A program made the translations under genes and the position numbers. Source: Chloroflexota bacterium (lineage in GTDB: Bacteria; Chloroflexota; Anaerolineae; DTLA01). From it: a DNA stretch of 64,000 nucleotides. The stretch covers positions 20,112 through 84,111 of the forward strand of contig JADBJK010000059.1 in assembly GCA_014874485.1 (NCBI GenBank), written 5' to 3'. Numbering within the stretch: the stretch's first letter is position 1; every line of letters starts with the position of its first letter. The notes beneath the pieces are model-generated. The model saw only the letters and a program-made list of their open reading frames with translations. It was not told the DNA's origin and made no database searches. Shown piece after piece: positions 5,813 through 13,191 of the stretch.

Positions 5813-8794
5813 ATGATCACCAAGAAAGATTTCATCAAAATCAACGACTATCTGTGGGAAATCCCGAAGACCTTTCGGGCCGACATGCGCGTTCCCGCGC
5901 GCATCTACGCCGACGAGAAGATGCTGGAGATCGCGCTCAAGGACCGCTCGGTGGAGCAGTTGGTCAACACGGCGACGCTCCCCGGCATCGTGGGCTATGC
6001 GCTCGCCATGCCCGACATCCACCAGGGATACGGGTTCAGCATCGGCGGTGTCGCGGCCACACGCTACCCCGACGGCGTCATCTCCCCTGGCGGGGTGGGC
6101 TACGACATCAACTGCCTCGCAGGCGATAGCCTTGTCTTGAGCGCGCTGGGCTACACCCGCACCATCGCCGAGTTGGAGGCAAACTGGCGGGACGAGACCC
6201 TCGCGTGCCAGTCGCTGGCGGCCAACTGCGAGGCCCGGACCGGCATTGTGCGGTTCATCCGCCAGCGCCCCCGCGCCCGAGTCCTGCGCGTCCGCACGGC
6301 ATCGGGCCGCACCGTTACCGCCACGGCCGACCACCCGTTCTGGACGCCGGACGGCATGAAGCCGCTGGGGCAGATTCGGGAGGGCGAACCGGTGGCGGTC
6401 ATGGGATTTGACGGCGTCCCCTACGAGCGGCCGTCCGACGACGTGATCCTCACGCGCGCCGATGTGGAAGAGGCGCTCCAACGCCTGGGCAAGGGCGTGG
6501 CCGGCAACGCTGCGCTCCAGATCGTGGCCCAGTTGGAGAAGCGGGGCCTGTTGCCCTTGCGTTACTCGTCGCCCGCGCTGCCGCATCTGTTGCGGCTCAT
6601 GGGCGCGGCCTGGGGCGATGGCTCGCTGACGCTCCACAAGAGCGGCAAGGGCGTGCTGGCCTGCTACGGACGGGTGGAGGACCTGGAGGACCTGCGGCGC
6701 GACGTGCTCGCCATCGGGTTCACGCCGTCCCGCGTGTACGCACGCACGCGCCACCACGCCGTCAACACGCCGTACAGGACCCACGAGTTTGACAACGTGG
6801 AGACGTGGTTCAAGGTCAGTTCCACGGCGCTGGTCGTGCTCCTGGTTTCGCTTGGCCTGCCGCTGGGCAACAAGGCCCGTTCGGATTGGCGGATGCCCGC
6901 GTGGATCAAGGGCGCTCCCCTGTGGCAGAAGCGGCTGTTCCTGGGCGCTCTCTTCGGGGCGGAGATGAACGCCCCCGGAACCGTTACGGATCACGACTAC
7001 AACTTTGAAGCGCCGACCCTCTCCGTGAACAAGCGCGAGCCGTTCGTGGAGAGCGGGCTGGCATGGCTACGGGATGTCGCCGATGTCCTGGCGGACTTCG
7101 GCGTGGAGACGCTCCCCATCGGCCAGCGCGCCGAGCAGACGAACGCCGATGGCTCTCGGTCGGTCCGCCTGCGGCTGGGCATCGCCTCTTCGCCCGAGAA
7201 CCTGATCCGACTCTGGAGCCGTGTGGGGTTTGAGTGCCACCGCCAGAAGCGCGCCCTGGCGAGCATCGCCGTTACCTACCTGCGCCTGAAGCAGCGGGCG
7301 CTGGCCGAGCGCGCGTCGGTGGCGGAGAGGGCTGTGGCCCTGCGCGACGCGGGCAAGACCGCCCAGGAGGTCAAGGATGCGCTGGTGGGCCCGTTCGCCA
7401 ACGAGCGGTTCGTAGAGCGGTCGCTGTGGGAGGGGCGGAGCACCGGCCCACGCATCAGCCAGGCCTTTGTGCCCTTCTCGCAGTTCGCCGACGAGGCCAC
7501 GGCAGGGCTGGGCATGTCGGGCATGGTTTGGGATACGGTCGTGGAAGTGGAGACTGCCGACGATTACCGCGGGGACGTGTACGATTTCACCGTCGCCCAC
7601 GAGGAGCATAACTTCATCGCCAATGGGTTCGTGGTGTCCAACTGCGGCGTGCGCCTGCTGGCGTCGGGGCTGAACGCGGCGGACGTCAGGCCCATCATGG
7701 GCGACCTCATCAACGTCCTGTACAACACCGTGCCCAGCGGCGTGGGCGAAACGGGCCCCATCAAACTGTCCAACAAGCAACTGGACGAGGTGCTGGTGAG
7801 GGGGGCCGAGTGGGCCGTGAAGGCGGGCTACGGCAGTGCCGAGGATTTGGACCACCTGGAGGAGCGCGGGGCCATGCCGGGCGCCGACCCGTCGGCCGTC
7901 AGCGAGCGGGCCAAGTCGCGCGGACGCGACCAACTGGGGACCCTCGGCTCCGGCAACCACTTCCTGGAGGTGCAGGAGGTGGAGGAAATCTACGATGCGG
8001 AAGCGGCGGACGCGCTGGGCCTGTTCAAGGGGCAACTGGTGGTGCAAATCCATTCGGGTTCACGCGGGCTTGGCCACCAGGTCTGCACCGACTATGTCCG
8101 CTCGCTCCAGAGCGCCGTGCAGAAGTACGGCATCCGCCTGCCGGACCGGGAACTGGTGTGCGCGCCGCTGAACTCGCCCGAAGGCAAGGCGTACTTCGGG
8201 GCGATGGCCGGCGCGGCCAACTACGCCTGGGCCAACCGCCAGTGCCTGACCCACATGACCCGCCAGGCGTTTGAGCAGGTGCTCGCGCCGAGGTTCCGCA
8301 ACTGGCACCTGCGCGTGGTGTACGACGTGGCGCACAACATCGCCAAGATTGAGGAGTACATCATAGACGGCAAGCCGACCAAACTGTGCGTGCATCGCAA
8401 GGGCGCGACGCGGGCCTTCGGGCCGGGGCATCCCTCGCTGCCGCCGGACTACCGCACCGTGGGCCAGCCGGTGCTCATCCCGGGCGACATGGGCACGGCG
8501 TCGTATGTGCTGGTGGGGACCAACCGGGCGATGGAGGAGACCTTCGGCTCGGCGGCGCACGGGGCCGGGCGACTGCTCAGCCGCGCCGAGGCCAAGCGCC
8601 AGGTGCGCGGCGAGAAACTGCGCGAGCAACTCAAAGCGCAAGGGATAGAGGTGCGCGCCGGCAGCATGGCCGGCCTGGCCGAGGAAGCGCCGGACGCCTA
8701 CAAGGACGTGGACGCCGTGGTGGACACCATCCACGCGGCGGGCATCGCCCGCAAGGTGGCGCGCCTCCGGCCCCTGGCGGTGATGAAGGGGTAG
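5813..8794 (+). CDS. rtcB: RNA 3'-phosphate ligase RtcB precursor (intein-containing)
   Basis: Residues 1-100 (...MPDIHQGYGFSIGGV...GVGYDIN) and 611-993 (CGVRLL..., GSGNHFLEVQ, HSGSRGLGHQV, VAHNIAKIE, HRKGATRA) carry the RtcB motifs. Together they give a 483-aa extein, a normal RtcB size. Confidence 0.9.
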   Translation: MITKKDFIKINDYLWEIPKTFRADMRVPARIYADEKMLEIALKDRSVEQLVNTATLPGIVGYALAMPDIHQGYGFSIGGVAATRYPDGVISPGGVGYDINCLAGDSLVLSALGYTRTIAELEANWRDETLACQSLAANCEARTGIVRFIRQRPRARVLRVRTASGRTVTATADHPFWTPDGMKPLGQIREGEPVAVMGFDGVPYERPSDDVILTRADVEEALQRLGKGVAGNAALQIVAQLEKRGLLPLRYSSPALPHLLRLMGAAWGDGSLTLHKSGKGVLACYGRVEDLEDLRRDVLAIGFTPSRVYARTRHHAVNTPYRTHEFDNVETWFKVSSTALVVLLVSLGLPLGNKARSDWRMPAWIKGAPLWQKRLFLGALFGAEMNAPGTVTDHDYNFEAPTLSVNKREPFVESGLAWLRDVADVLADFGVETLPIGQRAEQTNADGSRSVRLRLGIASSPENLIRLWSRVGFECHRQKRALASIAVTYLRLKQRALAERASVAERAVALRDAGKTAQEVKDALVGPFANERFVERSLWEGRSTGPRISQAFVPFSQFADEATAGLGMSGMVWDTVVEVETADDYRGDVYDFTVAHEEHNFIANGFVVSNCGVRLLASGLNAADVRPIMGDLINVLYNTVPSGVGETGPIKLSNKQLDEVLVRGAEWAVKAGYGSAEDLDHLEERGAMPGADPSAVSERAKSRGRDQLGTLGSGNHFLEVQEVEEIYDAEAADALGLFKGQLVVQIHSGSRGLGHQVCTDYVRSLQSAVQKYGIRLPDRELVCAPLNSPEGKAYFGAMAGAANYAWANRQCLTHMTRQAFEQVLAPRFRNWHLRVVYDVAHNIAKIEEYIIDGKPTKLCVHRKGATRAFGPGHPSLPPDYRTVGQPVLIPGDMGTASYVLVGTNRAMEETFGSAAHGAGRLLSRAEAKRQVRGEKLREQLKAQGIEVRAGSMAGLAEEAPDAYKDVDAVVDTIHAAGIARKVARLRPLAVMKG
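6113..7642 (+). mobile_element. Intein (510 aa) with LAGLIDADG-type homing endonuclease domain, inserted in rtcB
   Basis: Starts CLAGDSLVLSALG (block A) and contains TADHPFWT (block B). Two LAGLIDADG-like motifs are present (LLRLMGAAWGDGSL and LFLGALFGAEMN). Ends VYDFTVAHEEHNFIANGFVVSN, followed by Cys+1 of CGVRLL. Confidence 0.85.
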
Positions 8795-8859
8795 GGCAGG
8801 CTCCCCAACCGCAAGGGATTGGGCCGCGGTCAGGAGATAGGGTTGACCCGTTCGGACAA

Positions 8860-8889
8860 TTGACAGGGGAGGGCCATGGGGACTATACT
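8860..8889 (+). promoter_or_regulatory. Candidate promoter of the RHH-PIN toxin-antitoxin operon
   Basis: TTGACA (8860..8865), 18-bp spacer, TATACT (8884..8889), about 30 nt upstream of the ATG at 8921. Confidence 0.45.
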
Positions 8890-8920
8890 CCAGGCGTAGT
8901 GAGTGCTTCCGAGGTGACTC

Positions 8921-9139
8921 ATGCGAGAAACGATCACGGTAACCCTGCCCGAGGGCATGAAATCAGCCATTGACGAGGTTACCCGCAAAGAGGGTATCTC
9001 GCCCGCTGAACTGGTAACACAGGCGCTTGAAGAGTATCTCTTCTTGCGCCGGTTCCGCCTGCTCCGCGAGCGCATGGTCCAAAAAGCCCAGGGCCAGGGA
9101 ATTCTGACAGATGAAGACGTATTTGACAGGGTATCGTGA
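8921..9139 (+). CDS. Ribbon-helix-helix (CopG-like) antitoxin
   Basis: 72-aa ORF. The beta-strand-plus-helices pattern TITVTLPEGMKSAIDEVTRKEGISPAELVTQALEEYL is present. Its stop overlaps the GTG start of the PIN gene (GTGA). Confidence 0.7.
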   Translation: MRETITVTLPEGMKSAIDEVTRKEGISPAELVTQALEEYLFLRRFRLLRERMVQKAQGQGILTDEDVFDRVS

Positions 9140-9543
9140 AAGTCGTCTTTGATACCAATGTCCTCATTGCCGCATTCATCGCACGCGGCGCGTGCAGCGA
9201 TGTGTTTGAGCATTGCGCTCGTCGCCACGAAATTGTCATTTCCGACTTCATCCTGAACGAACTCCGGCAACACCTCGTTGAGAAGTTCAACTTCTCATCC
9301 GAAGAAGCCGAGGAAGTTACTCGCTTGGTGAGCGAACGCGCAACTGTCGTTATGCCCGTGGCCCTAGGGGATTCCATCTGTCGCGATCCGGACGACGACG
9401 TAATATTGGGGACGGCCATCGCCGCAGGCGCGGACTGCATTCTTACAGGCGATGCCGACCTGCTGGTCATCGGACGATTCCAGGCGGTAGACATCGTGCG
9501 GCCAGCGGATTTTGCCCAATACGAAGCGACGAGGGCGAAGTAG
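9136..9543 (+). CDS. PIN-domain toxin
   Basis: 135 aa. Starts MKVVFDTNVLIAAF (first acidic residue) and carries DPDDDVILGTAIAAGADCILTGDADLL, as in the stand-alone PIN toxin family. Overlaps the upstream antitoxin by 4 nt. Confidence 0.75.
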   Translation: MKVVFDTNVLIAAFIARGACSDVFEHCARRHEIVISDFILNELRQHLVEKFNFSSEEAEEVTRLVSERATVVMPVALGDSICRDPDDDVILGTAIAAGADCILTGDADLLVIGRFQAVDIVRPADFAQYEATRAK

Positions 9544-9662
9544 CCACCTCCGCCAGCCATAACTTGCAGGCTGCGCAATCTGTCCTCGCGGGGGTCGCCG
9601 TTCGCCTCCCGCGGCAAACCACGGCATAATGGCAGCACGGAGGGCGCCGATAGAGTATAGGT

Positions 9663-9941
9663 TTGGTTGAGCAGCAAGGGAAGGTAAAGAGGGCAACACG
9701 ACGAGTACAGGTGGACGTTCCGGAAACCGTTCTTCTGGCTGAGAAGGCGGATGAGGCTTCCTTCGCCAGGGAACTCCGCACACTGGCGGCCGTCAAGCTG
9801 TACGAACTCGGCCGACTCTCGTCGGGGAGAGCCGCCGAACTCGCGGGTATGTCCCGCGTGGAGTTCTTGCTTGCCCTAGGACGCTACAAGGTTTTCCCCT
9901 TTGAAGCAGAACTGCAGGACTTGGAACGCGGCGATGCGTAA
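9663..9941 (+). CDS. UPF0175-family antitoxin-like protein
   Basis: 92 aa. AVKLYELGRLSSGRAAELAGMSRVEFLLALGRYKV matches the UPF0175 HTH pattern that normally pairs with DUF3368-type PIN toxins. Confidence 0.65.
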   Translation: MVEQQGKVKRATRRVQVDVPETVLLAEKADEASFARELRTLAAVKLYELGRLSSGRAAELAGMSRVEFLLALGRYKVFPFEAELQDLERGDA

Positions 9942-10030
9942 GGCGATTTGCGATACATCTCCGTTGCTCTATCTCCACCGGCTCGGCGCGCTGGAATGGC
10001 TCTCCGTTCTGGAAGCAAAAGCCCATGGCC
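9934..10030 (+). pseudogene. Truncated remnant of a DUF3368/PIN-like toxin gene
   Basis: ATG at 9934 overlaps the antitoxin stop by 8 nt. MRKAICDTSPLLYLHRLGALEWLSVL resembles the N-terminus of DUF3368 PIN toxins. Similarity is lost after about 30 codons, and the rest of ORF 9901..10203 is low-complexity read-through into the 3' end of the convergent deaminase gene. Confidence 0.5.
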
Positions 10031-10090
10031 TAACGTCAAGCATTAGTGCTACCTCGCACACTCCTTTGCCTTCTCGGTGTGGAGCAGAGA

Positions 10091-10540
10091 CTACTCCCCT
10101 CCCCCATCCGGCACGTGCACCACTTCCAACCCCGCCAGAATCGCCTTCGCCAGCGGGTCGGGATAGTCCTCGGCGTACACCACGCGCCGAATCCCCGCGT
10201 TGACGATGCTCTTGGCGCACCATGAGCAGGGGAAGTGAGTCGTGTACAGTGTGGCCCCCTCAATGCTGATGCCGAACCGCGCGGCGAAGTTGATGGCGTT
10301 CTGCTCGGCGTGCGCGCCGCGGCACAGTTCCGACCGCTGGCCCGACGGCACGCCCTCGCGCGCGCACCCGATGTCCAGGCAGTGGGGCTGGCCTGCAGGC
10401 GCGCCGTTGTATCCCGTGGACACGATCTGCTTGCCCTTGACGATGACCGCGCCCACGTGCCGGTGCAGGCACGTGGAGCGGCTCGCCACCACGCGGGCAA
10501 TGCGCATGAAGTAGGCGTCAAGACTGGGCCGCTCGCTCAC
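10091..10540 (-). CDS. Deoxycytidylate (dCMP) deaminase, ComEB/Dcd-type zinc deaminase
   Basis: 149 aa with HAEQNAI and PCSWCAKSI zinc-binding motifs (HAE...PCxxC) and VGAVIVKGKQIVSTGYNG. Confidence 0.85.
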   Translation of the reverse strand: MSERPSLDAYFMRIARVVASRSTCLHRHVGAVIVKGKQIVSTGYNGAPAGQPHCLDIGCAREGVPSGQRSELCRGAHAEQNAINFAARFGISIEGATLYTTHFPCSWCAKSIVNAGIRRVVYAEDYPDPLAKAILAGLEVVHVPDGGGE

Positions 10541-11135
10541 GAATCAAGTCCTCAAAGACCGATGGTGCTTGCTCGTACAGGATGTCCAGGATGCGGTTGG
10601 CGACCTCGCGGATTTCCCACTGCGCCGCGCGGTTCAGCGCCCGCTCCTTGATGAAGTGCCGCCACGACCGGAAGTTCATCGTAACCACGATGCGGGTCGC
10701 CGTGGCGTTGGGCAACAGAAACCGCGCGTCTTCTTTGAAGATGCCGCGCTCGCGGAGGCGGCGGTAGGCCTCGGCCAGCCCCTCGGTAGCCTCCCGCCAG
10801 ACCTGCATGGCCTCCGGGTCGTTGGCCACCGACGGCGGGATCACGTACTCCGGGTTGGACAAGTCCACGTAGCGCTGGGACTCCTGCGAGTAACTGGCGA
10901 TGCGGTGGCGCACCAGTTGGTGGGTGCAGGCCCGCGACACGCCGGAGATTTCAAACGTGGCCGATGCGTGCTCAATCAGGCTCTCGTGCCCCTCGCGGAC
11001 GCGGGCCATGAGGAACCTCCCCGGTTCGCCGCGCGACTCCGACCTGTAGCACACGCGCCCAGCGTGTTCCAGCAACTCTTCGGGCGTGCCGTTGCCGCGC
11101 AGATACCGCGTGATGGCGATAAGTTCAACCTGCAT
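10518..11135 (-). CDS. thyX: Flavin-dependent thymidylate synthase
   Basis: 205 aa with the ThyX signature RHRIASYSQESQRY. Overlaps the downstream dCMP deaminase gene by 23 nt. Confidence 0.9.
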   Translation of the reverse strand: MQVELIAITRYLRGNGTPEELLEHAGRVCYRSESRGEPGRFLMARVREGHESLIEHASATFEISGVSRACTHQLVRHRIASYSQESQRYVDLSNPEYVIPPSVANDPEAMQVWREATEGLAEAYRRLRERGIFKEDARFLLPNATATRIVVTMNFRSWRHFIKERALNRAAQWEIREVANRILDILYEQAPSVFEDLIRERAAQS

Positions 11136-11164
11136 CCCGTCTGTCCTCCGGTGGGGGATGCGGC

Positions 11165-11194
11165 ATTATACCCCGGCCGCGCGCCGCCTGGCAA
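11165..11194 (-). promoter_or_regulatory. Candidate promoter of thyX-dCMP deaminase operon
   Basis: On the minus strand: TTGCCA (11194..11189), 18-bp spacer, TATAAT (11170..11165), about 30 nt upstream of the thyX ATG. Confidence 0.5.
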
Positions 11195-11208
11195 ACGCAG
11201 GGCAGAAG

Positions 11209-11712
11209 CCACGGTTCACCCACAGTTCACCGCAGAGACGCGGAGGGCACAGAGTAGTTTCCCTCAGAGGAATTGCCTATTGTCATTGCGCGCGAAGCGA
11301 AGCAATCCCCACGTGCGACACCACGGTTCACCGCAGAGACGCGGAGGGCACAGAGTAGTTTCCCCAGAGGAATTGCCTATTGTCATTGCGAGCGAAGCGA
11401 AGCAGCTCGGTGGGCGAGATTCTTCGGCGCTCCGCGCCTCAGAATGACAGCCTGCCGGGATTGCTTCGGGCGCTGCGCGCCCTCGCAATGACAACCCCTT
11501 TGCTGTCATTGCGAGCGAAGCGAAGCAATCCCCACGTGCGACGCACCTCGGAGGTGCGTCGCACGTGCCTCTCACATCATTGCCAGCGAAGCATCTCGGT
11601 GCGCGAGATTCTTCGCCCTTCGCCGCTCGGAATGACAGCCTGCTGGCAGAGCAAGAGGCGGAATCCAGAATCTACGCCCCTCTGCGCACCCTGCGCCTCC
11701 GCGGTGAATCCA
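11209..11712. repeat. Composite cluster of hairpin short repeats (families H1, H2 and a 35-bp palindrome)
   Basis: Two roughly 80-bp direct repeats (11225..11304 and 11326..11404, differing by about 2 positions). gtcattgcgagcgaagcgaagcaatc / gattgcttcgg...cgcaatgac hairpin modules are present. A perfect 35-bp palindrome cacgtgcgacgcacctcggaggtgcgtcgcacgtg lies at 11533..11567. An H2 module ctctgcgc..ctccgcggtgaatcc lies at the right end. Confidence 0.9.
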
Positions 11713-11713
11713 C

Positions 11714-13024
11714 CTACTCCGTGATCGCCTCGCCGCGCGTAACGCCCAGCATGAACAGCCCCGCGATCAGCGCGAACACCGGCGACGACAGCATGATGAC
11801 ATTGTACGCGCCAACCCAGTCCACCAGCGCCCCGGCCACGATAGGCCCCACGATGGCCGCCGACGCCGAGAAGAAGTAGTACAGCCCTGTGTACGACCCC
11901 AGGCGGCTCTGCGGCGCAATGTCCACCACCATCGGCAGCGAGTTGATGTTGATGAGCGCCCACGCGAACCCGGCCAGCACCAGCATCACCGTGATAAACG
12001 TTACGTTGGGAATCCAGTAGCCCAGGAACAGCAGCACGGCCAGCGACACGATGCCCGTCAGGATCGTCCGCTTGCGCCCGAACTTGGTGGCGATGAACCC
12101 GGCCGGGAGGGAGAAGATGATGAACGACACCGAGAAGAACCCCAGCAGGAGCGCCGCGCGGCTCTCGGAGATACCCAGGTAGAACACGCCGTAGGACGTG
12201 AAGAACGTCTCCAGCGCGTTGAACGCCAGGAACCAGAAGAAGATGGCCAGCAGGATGCGGATGGCGCTGCGGTCGGGGTCGGCCAGCACCTCCTTCAGGT
12301 TCGCGATGACGCCCAGTTGCTTCTCCTCCGGGTCGTCGGGGAAGTCCTTCGGCTCCTTGATGCGCCACACGACGATGAGGCACGCCCCCAGCATGACCAC
12401 CGCGCCCACAACAAACGGCAGCGCCGGGTCAATCTTGTACAGCATGGAGCCCCCGAAGAACGCCAGCAGCGACCCCACGCCGCCCATCAGGTTGATGACG
12501 CCGTTGGCCTTGCTCCGCAGCGGCGATGGGGTGATGTCGGGCATCAGGGCGATGACCGGCGTGCGGAAGATGCTCATCGCCAGCAGCATCACGCCGATAG
12601 CGACGACGAACAACGCGAACAGGCCCTTCATTTCGCCCAACTGGCCGTTCAGCGACTGGGGAATCGCCTTGACCACGAACGGGATGACCGCAAACGCCAC
12701 CGCCGCGATGGGCGCGCCCGCCAGGATGTACGGCATGCGGCGACCCCACCGCGTGCGCGTCTTGTCGCTGCGGACGCCGATCCACGGCTGGATGAACACC
12801 GCCGCGATGTTGTCCAGCGTCATGATGAACCCCGCGATCCCCGCGCTCAGGCCGAACCCTGCCACAGTGGGCAGTGCCTTGCCCGCCTCCAGCAACTGGC
12901 GGGTGAACTCCGGGTTGCCCGATTGCAGGAAGATGGGCACGAAGGAGTTGTACAGCGACCAGAGCAGGCTAATGCCCAGGAATCCGAAGCCCAGCGTGAA
13001 CGTCTTCTTGTAGTCCAGTTTCAC
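11714..13024 (-). CDS. MFS-type transporter (12-TM, sugar/solute:cation symporter-like)
   Basis: ORF 11714..13039. The protein is highly hydrophobic throughout, with an MFS loop motif (GVRSDKTRTRWGRRMPY). The GTG at 13024, preceded by GGAGG, is the preferred start. Confidence 0.75.
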   Translation of the reverse strand: MKLDYKKTFTLGFGFLGISLLWSLYNSFVPIFLQSGNPEFTRQLLEAGKALPTVAGFGLSAGIAGFIMTLDNIAAVFIQPWIGVRSDKTRTRWGRRMPYILAGAPIAAVAFAVIPFVVKAIPQSLNGQLGEMKGLFALFVVAIGVMLLAMSIFRTPVIALMPDITPSPLRSKANGVINLMGGVGSLLAFFGGSMLYKIDPALPFVVGAVVMLGACLIVVWRIKEPKDFPDDPEEKQLGVIANLKEVLADPDRSAIRILLAIFFWFLAFNALETFFTSYGVFYLGISESRAALLLGFFSVSFIIFSLPAGFIATKFGRKRTILTGIVSLAVLLFLGYWIPNVTFITVMLVLAGFAWALININSLPMVVDIAPQSRLGSYTGLYYFFSASAAIVGPIVAGALVDWVGAYNVIMLSSPVFALIAGLFMLGVTRGEAITE

Positions 13025-13077
13025 AATGCACCTCCACACAAGTTTATCCTTAACGCTATGCTTGAAGACCGACTCAT

Positions 13078-13110
13078 CTCACCGCAGAGACGCAGAGGAC
13101 GCAGAGAGAA
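13078..13110. repeat. Family H2 short repeat (tcaccgcagagacgcagaggacgcagagag)
   Basis: Same motif as at 11.2, 20.8 and 36.0-36.4 kb. Confidence 0.7.
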
Positions 13111-13139
13111 ACATACCGGTCGCCGCGGTGTTGCCGCAC

Positions 13140-13176
13140 ATAACAAACGAGCGCCACCCCGTCGGGAGTAGCGCTC
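13140..13176 (-). terminator. Probable intrinsic terminator after nuoN
   Basis: On the minus strand: GAGCGCUACUCCCGACGGGGUGGCGCUC followed by GUUUGUUAU, 16 nt after the nuoN stop. Confidence 0.45.
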
Positions 13177-13191
13177 GGTCAGTGAGCGACT

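Noticed and set aside
9901-10203. 100-aa ORF as an intact gene
   Set aside because: Only codons 12 to about 40 resemble a DUF3368 PIN toxin N-terminus. The remainder is Pro/Ser/Thr/Arg-rich read-through overlapping the convergent dCMP deaminase gene. It is treated as a toxin remnant.
11264-11575. Short ORFs inside repeat clusters (for example 11264..11575, 11273..11491, 30460..30714, 40461..41045, 55086..55652, 28097..28501)
   Set aside because: They are composed of translated hairpin modules (recurrent peptides such as VIASEAKQS and CHCERSEAI). They lack RBSs and occur on both strands of the same repeat.
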